DNA of 64,000 nt from Psammoneis japonica. Its lineage: Eukaryota. Below, one piece after another: positions 27,771-38,160 of the stretch. Where the stretch lies: positions 1,137,607 to 1,201,606 of the forward strand of contig QPGO01000005.1 in NCBI GenBank assembly GCA_008632985.1. Reading direction: 5' to 3'. Position 1 is the stretch's first letter, and each line of letters starts with the position of its first letter. The position numbers and the translations under genes were made by a program. The notes beneath the pieces are model-generated. The model made no database searches. It was not told the origin of the DNA and saw nothing but the letters and a program-made list of their open reading frames with translations.

Positions 27771-28640
27771 CAACTGATGGTCTTCAAACTAAAACTGCTG
27801 CAACCACAATGTCTCAACCGGCCTGTTCCAGCTCCAGGTGCTCCGAGTGGGTTCGATTCCCATCATTTGCCCATTTTCAGGTTCAACACAATTGGCTTTC
27901 ATTGACCACTCAGTGGTTGGTGATTGCAGACTTTTTTGTGTTGGTCAGGCAGTTGGGCAGTTGGGGGGTTGGGCAGTCGGGGGGTCCGTCCGAATTTGAA
28001 AGTGTGTCCCTCGGATTTTGGAATGGGATGGGTTGTTTGGCACAGATGAATCTTCGGATTTGTAGAATGATCATTGAGGACATGAGAGGTCATGGGGACA
28101 TCCTAAAAAATCGACAAATTCCCTGTGACGGGTGCGTGGAACGGTTTTTCAGGAGAGCTCGAAAGTTCTGAAAAATTGGGATTGCCGGCGTGGCATGTTC
28201 AAAAATGCACTCAGTTGCAAACAAAGATGATTTGTCATGAATTCTACACAAAACAGTCACATTGGGGAAAACACATTGAACAACAAGTGAGTTTGTGCAA
28301 TGCACCATTGTGGCAATAAATTGGAAAAAAAGAGTGTCCATGCACCTTGCTGCAGCCCCAAAAATGGCATGAGACATCAAATGCACCGGTCATCCGCATC
28401 ACTGGTGCAGTGGCCACGCCACTCTGCCGCCACAACACAGGCCCCCGGTGGCAGGGCCCCACGCACGTGCAGGCAATGCAGCATGCAACGGCACACACCC
28501 ACACCCACAAAGAAAGACAAGTGGTCAATGCTCCCCGCAGGCCTGGTTTCCAAATCCGTTTTTTGCCAAATCGAAGGGCAAGTGCACACTTCGCACATGT
28601 TTTTGGGTGCACACTTGCCTTTCAATTTTCGAAATGATCA
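27770..28640. mobile_element. ~0.9-kb unidentified insertion splitting the gypsy pol
   Basis: Gypsy-like coding sequence stops near 28640 and resumes near 27770; the interval is unrelated. Ends approximate. Confidence 0.5.
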
Positions 28641-29640
28641 AAATTGGGCCTCTTGCATGATGAAAAGCAGATCACCTGGAGCTGTGGAACAGGCCAACCA
28701 GGTTCTGCATTTCATCCAATGTCGGACAGTTCAAAAAGGATCCAAACAACTCTGGTTCATCCAGCAAAGAAGAAAAAGCATGAGATTCAGCAGAGGGGTC
28801 AACAGGAGCATGACAACACTTGAACCCACAAGTGTCCAACTCCAAATCCTCCTCTTCCTCAGCCTTGCTCAATTCACTGCCACCCAACTTCTCAAAGTGA
28901 TCAATTTTGCCTTTCCGTTTGCTGTCTGGACCAAGGCTCTTTCCCTCCTGAGGCAGATCCATGCATGTTGGTCAAGAAAACAATTGGCAAGCATGTTGTC
29001 CTTGCCTTCAACATGCTGAAAAGCAGGCAAGACATCTTTGAGAAACAGGCACCACACTGCAGGATGCACTGTGCATTCAGAGTGCAGAAAGTGAGATTCT
29101 TGTGGTCAGCATGAACATCAGCGTTGGTGCCAAGCAACATGGTGCGAAACTCCTTGAAACACATGACAACCGCCAAGAGCTCTTTTTCATTGTTGAGCAG
29201 TTGCTTTGTGCAGCTGAAAGCTTCTTGGACCAGTGCGCCACAGGTCGGCCATCTTGGACAACAGCCGTGCCCATTTGGCAGTCAGATGCATCAGCGCAAA
29301 TGTGGAATGGCAAGTTGTGGTTCAGATGTGCTGGCAATGCTTCAGAAGCAATGACGGCCTTCATCTCTTTGAAAGCCTTCTGGCATGTGTCCATCCATTG
29401 GAATTGACTCTTGCATGCCAGCTCAGTTGACGGCGCAAGCAAGTGAGAAGGACGAGGTCACACATTGCATGACAGGTTGCAGCACCCAGAAATGAACACA
29501 GTTGCGCAGCATTCTGTGGAGGTTGCATGCAAAGGATGGCTTCCACCTTTTTCTTCCAAGGCTGGACTCCAGTTGGCATGAGCCAATGTCCCAGGAAATC
29601 CATTTCCTGAACACACCATTCACATTTTGTCTTGCATTCA
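28640..29640 (-). mobile_element. Ty3/gypsy RT C-terminus and RNase H relic
   Basis: [25 protein letters not shown]...[21 protein letters not shown]...[19 protein letters not shown]. Confidence 0.9.
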
Positions 29641-32600
29641 ACACAAGCCTTCTCCAGGGCCTCTTGACACATGACGATGAACAATTTTGGTGATCAAGCA
29701 ATCAACAATCCACAAAACAAGAGAAACAATGCAACCCCAATTAACCCACACAATGAGAACAATCAATGGACAGACTGTGATGAGTTCAAGTGCAGCAATG
29801 CAAGTTTTGAGGTCAAACAAATGCTGCTCCGTGTCGCCAATTTCCCAAGTGCAATTGCACTGAGTGTTTGCTTGATTTCTGACAAGTTCCTCTGCTTGAA
29901 CATGCAGACAAATTTTCTCTCTTTGTGACAACTTTCTCTGCATTGCCACAGATTGACAATGAGATGAACAAGCCATGACAACAAGTGGAACCACAGTGCA
30001 AGATCTGGCTTGAGATGACTTGATAAAAAGGACAACTGTGTTGGAACCAAAAAAAGACCCCAGTCAGCTCATCACCAATTGGAGGGCTTCCAACGGTTCT
30101 CTGAATGTCCAACACGTTGGTCAATGTGCACGCATCAGAGAGGGCACACTCAGTCTTAAGCACATGTCCCTGTTTCGTTCACCAGCTGCACTTTCCTGCA
30201 ACAGCAAGGAAAATGACCACAAAATGACGGTGACCCAAACATTGTGCACTGTTGCACAAAAGTGCAGCCGGATGCAGACCAGGGACATCACATGTGGGGT
30301 CAATGAGTGCACGCTGGGCTGTGCACAAAACTGTTTCACCTGCCACCTCTTGTTTGAAACCAAAAATTGGTCAAATTGAAAATTTGAGCACACCTTGCAT
30401 GCCAAAACCGACCATTTTCTTTCAATCTGTCTGCGGACCCAGTTCAAAAAACGATCAGAAAGTTGACATTTTGACACACAGGATTTTCAAAAACTCAAAA
30501 TGGACCCATTCTGCTGATTTTTGAGAGCGGGTCTGCCAACACCTCATTTCCTTGTTGTTTTCAGTGCAAAAATGTGCAGCTGTCGGCCAAAAATTCCATT
30601 TTTTGATTTTGAGTGAGCACTTCCTTCTTGTTCCTTTTTGACCACAGGAGCCACAGGGCCGTGCTGTTTCCCACTGATGGTGTCTCTGAACACATGAAAT
30701 GGCCCAGTTGTGTGCATCCCCCGTGCTGTGTCCTGTGCTCTTTGCAGGTGGTGCGCATTTGTCACTGCCAGCATTGACACATCTATCACCATCTCCTTTG
30801 GGTTCCTCTTCTTCCGTGGGAGGCGTCGATGCTTCCTGAGGATTGACTCCTGCCTTTCTGACATGGAGCTCGTCTCGCCACTCACCGCGGCCGAATTCAT
30901 CCCGCCAGTTTCTGCCATTTTCGGCCGAAAATTCTTCAGTGAACATGACAAAACCTTGCCACTGCTGCATGAAGTGTGACACCATCAATGCAAAAGGAGA
31001 CAATCCGTGAATGCTGAATGCTGTTGACACAGTGCAACAGCCAGCACAAGACGTTGCCAGACGCCGGACGCCGCATGCATGGGACGCCGCGGACACCGAA
31101 TTTTCTGAAGAGAATGAGAAGGCGAAGTGCGGGACGACGCGACTCTGGACAGCATCTGTCCAATTCAGTTCTCTCGTCAGTGCGTTTCTGGTGTTGCAAT
31201 GGCAATTTTTTGACGTGCGAAAAATGAGAAGAGTCTGTCCAGCGTTCACCGAAAACTCCGTACACACTGATTAACGGGCTGTTTGGTACCAATTCTACGC
31301 AAGATTCTTTGGACAGAAGCTGTCCAGATCCGTAGCGCCCACATCCCACATCCACATCCCTCATTCATTCGAGCCAACTCGATTATGTTGGTGTTGTTTG
31401 TTGGTCAATGTGCTGCGTGCTACAGCTTCAGTTTGTTTGATAAGCACTCGTTTCTCCCTCCTCTGTTTGCTCTGGTGATCCGGAAATCGATTGCTGCAGC
31501 CAGGCTGTCATTTGTGGAAATGCACTTTTTTTCACCTGTACATATCGCAGTAGCATCTGAAAAGACAGAGTGAAATCAATGCGAGAGCAAGAACGTGTGA
31601 GTTACTGGTGCGCATGGTCTTTCCGCGTTGATTGACCAGGCACTCCCTGCCCCATTCATTGACATCGTGAAACTGCCCAGCCATGCATATGCGATCGAGG
31701 ACGGCCAGTATTGCCATTTTTGAAGAACAAAGACCTACTTGGCCACTCGTGGCCGTCAACTCCAGCATATCTACTTCTACCAGACCATCAATAAACATGC
31801 TGATTTGTTGAGAACCAAACTTGTTGGATATGTCGATGCATGGGATCAACAACATGGCACATATAGCAATGGTGTTACTGTGGACAGTTAGCCCAATCCC
31901 ATGTTGGCGGCACATACGCGATTCTCAGATTGTGCTAAGGATGATCGGCAGTGCAACAAAGGAGTTTGGAAGACACTGGATATACAGATTGTTGGAAATG
32001 AGTCCTTCGGATATGATTCTATCGAAAGAGATCTGTTTTCGTGTCGAATCACTTCGGTCTATTGATGCGGCTTGTATCTCAGTGAAAGAGGCTGCCGTAG
32101 GTCATTACTGTTTACTTCTTGAAACTGCAGTGAGCGTGCTCGGGGATATAGATAATGTATCACAGATTTCTTACGTCGAGACCATTATCCTTGGTGATAT
32201 CCGATTCAAATAATTTGATTTTTCCTTATCAAGAACATGGTTAGTGCTCTCTTTGTTGATGAGAACCTGGTATCTCGGAGCTACCCGGCCATCGAAGAAA
32301 CTTGAGGGCGCACTCCAGTATTTCCCGGGTTACGATCAGAGGTCTCCGGGGGTCTCAAGGTCGTTGGATCGAAGGATCTCTCGTACAGTGCAACGTCGTA
32401 GGAATCGACAAGGAGAACTCTCACTCTTGATAGCTTCCGGTTGAATATAGCTTGGGTTGCGGTTCTCCTCCCTCCGGGTGCTGGCCTTCCATTCTCTGGA
32501 GTCGGTAGAGATATCGGAAGCAAGTCCTGGTAGAACGCATACAGGTAGAGAGTTTGAGATAGCGGGAAGCGGCTAGCTAGTCAACTCTTATGGTAGGTCG

Positions 32601-32834
32601 TTGGATAGATCTAATGGCGCGCATTCAAAGTACGGCTCAGCTACTTCCTTATTATCACGGCAGACATTACTATCGATCGATCAAATACATCCAGCTCTTC
32701 AGTTCGAGAGAGGCTGAAGTGCGGAACGGAGCATTCCATAAAGATGAGATACCGTTTCGAGTGCCGTGGAAGTGGATCAGCACAACGGTATTGCAACTAC
32801 ACCTCCCTAAAGTTTCTTACTTCTACGACAGGCT

Positions 32835-34559
32835 CTAGCTAGATGCCTGGCCACCTTGGCGACCCATGTGCGCATAAAACGCAGAATCCTCCTCACTTGT
32901 TTTTCGCTTCGTTACCACATTCTCTTCGTACCGTTCTCGACGTTTCTGCGATTTGTTCAGCGCGCTAATCTTCTCTTCATATGTTGTGCCCCGTGACCGT
33001 TGCAACAATGGCACATACGCCATCTCTCTCGCTCCCAACGGGTCTGCCTCAAGCTTTCTTTTTTCCATCCAAGTAAAGGCTTCTCCCCATGTAACTAAAG
33101 AACTCGAGGATAACGTAGAGGTACTCGTTGAATTTTGCATATCTCTATCGCCAACATCATTCTTAGAGCTGAATTGCCTTTGCTTCTTCTTGCGTTCTTG
33201 GAGCCTCGCCTCAACAAATGACTGGACATCTTCATTGGTGACAGACTCGTTTCTCAGGTCCTGGATGCTGTTTCGAACACGTGCAGCGGCTAAAGCTAAC
33301 TCCTCCCATTGCTGCTCCAACTGGCAAGTAACTTTCCAAAAGTTCTCAACGTTGAATCCAAATTTGAGATCAGGATAACCACAAGCATGTAAAACCAAGG
33401 GACGTTCGTCTGCAAGGTGGTAACTTGGCTTTCCGGGATTCTCCTCGACGTTCAATAACTCCTTGATAATCGATGGGCTTTCCAACCCTTGGCCCACGAG
33501 AAACAAGACGCTCGCAATGCATCGGATCTGATGCCACAGAAACGCTTGCCCTTTTATCTCTAAATAGCACACGTCATTATTCTGCGGGGCACTGGAAGGC
33601 AAAACAATATCAGCAGAGAGTATTTCTCGCTCAAAATTGTAAACTTTCTCCACGTCCATTTTGCAGAAATTACGAAAGTCGTGTTTTCCGATCATCAACT
33701 TGAGAGCTTCTTCCATCTTTTCGATGTCTAAACTCCTGCGCACAAAAAAGTATCTGTAGGTACGAGTACTCGCTGAGAATCGAGCTGAAAACTCTTCTGA
33801 TACAGGCGACCATCCAAGGATCCGAATGGTGCCAGGCAAAACATTGTTGAGAATCTTGGCGTAGGAGTATTCCGTGATTGTTTTCTTTATTCTGGGTCCG
33901 TCTCCCTTTTTGGGGGGCACCCAAATCGTGATTTTGTCGAGAGAATTGCGTGGCAACCTGTCGTTGTCTACTAGCAATTGACCTTCTTCGTCCCATGAAG
34001 CTTCCTGATGAATAGCACTTTTCAGTTGGAACGCGACTACTTGCCCAGCCGCACTCACTCCTTTATCTGTCCGACCACAACGTGAATATCCACTTGACGC
34101 TCGTGACTGAACCAATCTCGTCTTCATGAGCGCTTCAAAAAGTGCCTTCTCAACTGATTGATCGCTCTCCATCCCTACATTTTGAGCTAGCCCGGTGTAA
34201 TTGCCGCCGTCGTAGTAAAAGTTTAGCGCCACGTGCCTGGTTCTATAAGGAGCGAGATCAGTGGTACGGGATTGATTTGCCTTCTTCTTATCTGGAGAGG
34301 TCGACTCTGAACTTTTAGGGCTTTTCTCCGCCGCCGCGCTTTCCGGCTTTGCTAACTCTGTGAGCACCGACTGGTATGCTGACTTGACACTTTCTGGCAA
34401 CACCACCTTTGTTTCCAACAGGTGATTCAACAGTTGCAACGGTGATGGCACGTCATCGTCCTTTCCGTTTGCGACAAACCCAACTCCACAATCAGGAAGT
34501 CGCCGCAAAAGCGTGGAAAGTCTGTCGCGGATACTTTCCACTTTATTAATAATATTCAT
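32835..34559 (-). CDS. PUS3: tRNA pseudouridine synthase, TruA family (Pus3/Deg1-like)
   Basis: 574-aa intact ORF with RHVALNFYYDG, YSRCGRTDKGVSA (catalytic Asp), FSARFS, HDFRNFCK, AFLWHQIRCI. The first ~22 codons lie inside a transposon end. Confidence 0.92.
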   Translation of the reverse strand: MNIINKVESIRDRLSTLLRRLPDCGVGFVANGKDDDVPSPLQLLNHLLETKVVLPESVKSAYQSVLTELAKPESAAAEKSPKSSESTSPDKKKANQSRTTDLAPYRTRHVALNFYYDGGNYTGLAQNVGMESDQSVEKALFEALMKTRLVQSRASSGYSRCGRTDKGVSAAGQVVAFQLKSAIHQEASWDEEGQLLVDNDRLPRNSLDKITIWVPPKKGDGPRIKKTITEYSYAKILNNVLPGTIRILGWSPVSEEFSARFSASTRTYRYFFVRRSLDIEKMEEALKLMIGKHDFRNFCKMDVEKVYNFEREILSADIVLPSSAPQNNDVCYLEIKGQAFLWHQIRCIASVLFLVGQGLESPSIIKELLNVEENPGKPSYHLADERPLVLHACGYPDLKFGFNVENFWKVTCQLEQQWEELALAAARVRNSIQDLRNESVTNEDVQSFVEARLQERKKKQRQFSSKNDVGDRDMQNSTSTSTLSSSSLVTWGEAFTWMEKRKLEADPLGAREMAYVPLLQRSRGTTYEEKISALNKSQKRRERYEENVVTKRKTSEEDSAFYAHMGRQGGQASS

Positions 34560-35538
34560 ATATATTGAAATATGAAATTATTAATATGTTATGAATAACT
34601 TATATTTCCGTTGTTATATTGCCCTTATAACCTAAGTAATTTTGGTTCGCAACCGTTGAGTGATAATGTTTTATATATATAGTGATAAAGTGTTCATTAA
34701 AAGAGGATCATTATGACCGTTTTTGATCAATGACTTTCCACGATAGAATTACATCGTGGAATACTTTCCACGATGCTATCGTGGAAAGTGAAGACTTTCC
34801 ACGATTGTAACGTGGAAAGTCATATGACTTTCCACGATGACTTTCCAGCTTTCGAGGCTTATGTAAATGCCTGTACGTAAAATAGGGTCATATGACAAAA
34901 TTTTGATCTCATCGCAACGCCTTGATGCCTATAAATCTTGCCATTTTCCAACATGATTTTGGAACAACTTGTTCAAGAGCCGGGCTCGGTCTCCTTAATG
35001 CACGCATCAAGAACTTCGCATGCCTTTCGGAGACGTTTCGCCACGGCATCAAGAAGCATCGACGATGCTTCGAGGCCTGTGCGTGATTGCGCAATACCAG
35101 AGTTGGATGGAATGTGGCTCACCCCTCTTTGACATTTAGAGTGTGTGACGTCACATCACGATGTTTCTAGTCATTAACATTTAACAAATGACTTTCCACG
35201 ATGAGCAGTCATTAATGACTTTCCACGATATTAAATGACTTTCCACGATAGCATCGTGGAAAGTAAAGACTTTCCACGATAGAATTGAATCGTGGAATAC
35301 TTTCCACGATGCGACTACCTTCCGTTGAATTATGACTGCATTGAATAATCGTTGTATTCAGTAATTAAATGTGTTTGAATTGATTGGGCAGAAAGTATTT
35401 TTTCAACGGAAATTGAGAGGGCAATGTGAGGATTCAGATGTCCTGTTCACGTAATCCCATTGTAGATTCTATACTGAGAAGTGCGAGCGTGCCCAGCACG
35501 ACACTCAACGTACTTTCCACGCTTTTGCGGCGACTTCC
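34495..35538. mobile_element. ~1.04-kb non-autonomous TIR DNA transposon (MITE-like)
   Basis: Perfect 27-bp inverted repeat GGAAGTCGCCGCAAAAGCGTGGAAAGT at 34495-34521 and 35512-35538; many internal direct and inverted ACTTTCCACGAT motifs; no transposase; no clear TSD. Confidence 0.8.
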
Positions 35539-36087
35539 AGAGAGTGACATTGAGTCATGCTTGCCAGAGGAGAGACTTGGGACGTGGCAAGCAGCAGAAG
35601 ACACCGTAAAGAGATGAGGCGATGAGCGATGATGTAGAAGCAGCAAGCGTCAATGACTTTCCACGACATCAAATGACTTTCCACGATGGCATCGTGGAAA
35701 GTAAAGACTTTCCACGACAGAATTGAATCGTGGAATGCTTTCCACGATGCGACTGCCTTCCGTTGAATTGTGGCTGCATTGAACAATCATTGTGTGCAGC
35801 AGTTGAATGTGTTTGAATTGATTGGGCAGAAAGCATTTTTTCAACGGAAATTGAGAGGGCAATGTGTGGATTCAGATGTCCTGTTCACGTGGTCCCATTG
35901 TAGATTCCATGCTGAGAAGTGCGAGCGTGCCCAGCGCGACACTCAACGTACTTTTCACGCTTTTGCGGCGACTTCCAGAGAGTGACATTGAGTCATGCTT
36001 GCTGGAGGAGAGACTTGGGACGTGGCAAGCAGCAGAAGACACCGTAAAGAGATGAGGCGATGAGCGATGATGTGGAAGCAGCAAGCG
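35212..36087 (+). repeat. 438-bp tandem duplication (35212-35649 and 35650-36087) covering the right TIR and flank
   Basis: Ungapped manual alignment. Confidence 0.95.
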
Positions 36088-36115
36088 ACGCCCCACGCAC
36101 TGGCCTCTCACTGAC

Positions 36116-36438
36116 TGAATGACACCGGTCTCAGAAAGTTGGAGGGCAGCAGGGTGCAGCCAAGCTGTTGTCTTTCTTGTCAGTGCAGGCTGCACCAGCA
36201 CTGTGCTTTGTGTGTGGCGCGGCGTTGGCATCAGTGTGCTTTCGCGTGAGAAATTGAATGGATGCCACCATGATGGCCAAGAATTGGGTGTGAGACAAGA
36301 CAGAGTGTTGAACAGCATCAACAGGTTCTAGAATTGTGAGATGTTGTGCTGCTGGGGCCACTGGACAAGCGACAGTGGACCAATCACCAACAGTGCATGA
36401 ACTGCCTGCATCTGTGACAGCACATCAGCATTTGTTCA
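36116..36438 (-). repeat. Putative 3' LTR of the copia element
   Basis: On the minus strand it starts TGAA right after purine tract GAGGGGAC and could end TTCA at 36116. No second LTR in the window. Confidence 0.4.
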
Positions 36439-36559
36439 GTCCCCTCGAACTGACACTGGCTTTGCTCGGGTCAGATCGACAGACAAATGCAACCTGATGC
36501 TGCCCCATTCCAGGGTGGCAGTTGTGTTTTGGGGGTGGGAAAAGCCGCACCTGCACGGC

Positions 36560-38160
36560 AAACCCATTTGGTTTGCCCCCTTTTGGGACTTGCCATGGGA
36601 CATGACTGATGATTTCCCGGAGCTTCGGTCCAGGCAACAACTCAGTTGGTGCATCCGCCAGATTTGTGCGTCCATCCTCCCAAGCAATGCGCAATGTTCC
36701 AGCGGCTTGTGCCTCATGAGTCCTGTGACAGGCAACTGCATTGTGCTTCTTCTTCAAAGTGGACTCTGGCCCAGTTGAGTTCTTGAAGACAGCTTCATTG
36801 TCGCAGAAAACGTCAGTGGCCCCATCCATGGGGATTCTGAGCATCCAAAGCTTGCAATGCAAGGCTTCGATTTGCTCCACTGCAGTCTTCACAGCCACGA
36901 ACTCCGACCCAAAAGTGGAGGACTCTGCGGCATTCTGCTGCTTGGAGTGACACAAGATGGGCGCTCGTTGGACAAATGTCAGGATCCCAGTGTGGGACCT
37001 GCGCGTCACATGGCATCCGGCGTGATCAGCATCGACAAAGCAAGCAGTTGCTCAAACACCAGCACAGACTTAGAATGAGCCTTCAAGTGTGCAAAGACAT
37101 GGAGCACTTCATCCAGGTGTCCAACTTGTGGTGCCGCCAAGTGGGAGGACATGAGCAAGACAGCGACAAAAATGTCCACTCGCCCCAGTTCAACTGCCCA
37201 CCGCAGCACACCAATGAGTCCTTGACAGCAGTTGGCCATTTTGGCGTTCAACTCAGGTGAACCATCCAGTTCAGGCCTGTGTCCCGAGCTCAAGGGCGTC
37301 GACGCCTTCGTCGGAAGACACCCATCAGTTTTCTCAAGCTCCAATTCAACGTCAGCTGATGCCCTTTTGACACAAAGGTCAGAGGACATGGCCCAGCGTG
37401 TCTCACCGTCCAAGTCAGACAGCTGGTGCTTTCTGATCTGGGCGCCCAAGTGCTCTTCCGGTTCGCAGACGCTTCGTCCTTGAGCGTGCACCTGGAGCTC
37501 ATGCAATCCATGACCTTCTGAGGTTCATGGGAGACACACAACAAGTCATCCACGTAGACAAGTGCGTGTTCCCAGCACTTGAAGCCATCCGGCTTAACCG
37601 CAGCCCACGTCCAGACATCCGGGTCAGCCTTGCAAGACTCAAATCCAGCGTCCCGCAGAGTGGCTGCCACATGTTCCCTAAATCTTGCACCTGAAGACTT
37701 GAGACCATGCAAGGCACGGACAATGATCGCCGGCCTTCCTTCGTTCTAGTTCCCAAATTCCAGGCCAGCAGTGGTGCAAGACTTTTCCTCAGTGTGTGCG
37801 TTCAAGCAGGCATTCTGAACATCAGCGCTCAGGACCTCCAGGTCATTCAGAGCTGCTGCAGTGAATGCTGTCCCAATGCTGTCACGCAACACCACGCTGG
37901 AACATGTCGATTCCTTGGGTGGATCGGTTTGATGGCCTCCGGCCGGAACCTCGCTTTGCGTTGGAGGGTGCTCTTGATGTCAAAGATCACATGACAATCA
38001 ATGTGTTTGCACCCGACCGGTGCAGCATCGTCATCGCGGAATTCAAACGCAGGCATGACGTTGCGCATTTCCTTCTCGACAGCCTTGAACCAGAAGTCGG
38101 TCCCCATTCTGTCATCTATTTCTACAGCTTCCTTGACAGATTTTGGGAGTTTGTCATGGC
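36560..38160 (-). mobile_element. Ty1/copia (CoDi-like) RT-RNase H relic, 5'-truncated
   Basis: FWFKAVEKEM, HVIFDIK...RKARF, HGLKSSGA, ADPDVW, LVYVDDLL, LRWAVELGRVDI, ESSTFGSEF, FCDNEAV, STLKKKHN, NLAD; frameshifted. Confidence 0.93.

Larger units (their letters stand above)
26421..30190. repeat. Dispersed related pair (about 26421-26600 and 30007-30190) on either side of the gypsy relic
   Basis: Shared ggcttgagatgacttga.aaaaaggacaactgtg.tggaaccaa...cttccaacggttc.ctgaatgtc. Confidence 0.75.
22200..31260. other. TpA-depleted domain of nested, decayed elements and gene fragments
   Basis: TpA drops out near 22.2 kb and returns gradually at 31.26-31.55 kb. Confidence 0.85.

Noticed and set aside
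26421..30190. Repeat pair as LTRs of the gypsy relic
   Set aside because: Quite diverged, no clear TG...CA ends, PBS or PPT, and gag, protease and most of RT are absent between them.
31283..32830. Possible gene between the repeat domain and PUS3
   Set aside because: Only short stop-interrupted frames with no recognisable domain; may be a decayed gene.
34729..35760. CRISPR-like repeated palindromic motif
   Set aside because: Units are ~12 bp with irregular short spacing and both orientations, inside a TIR element in a eukaryote; no cas genes.
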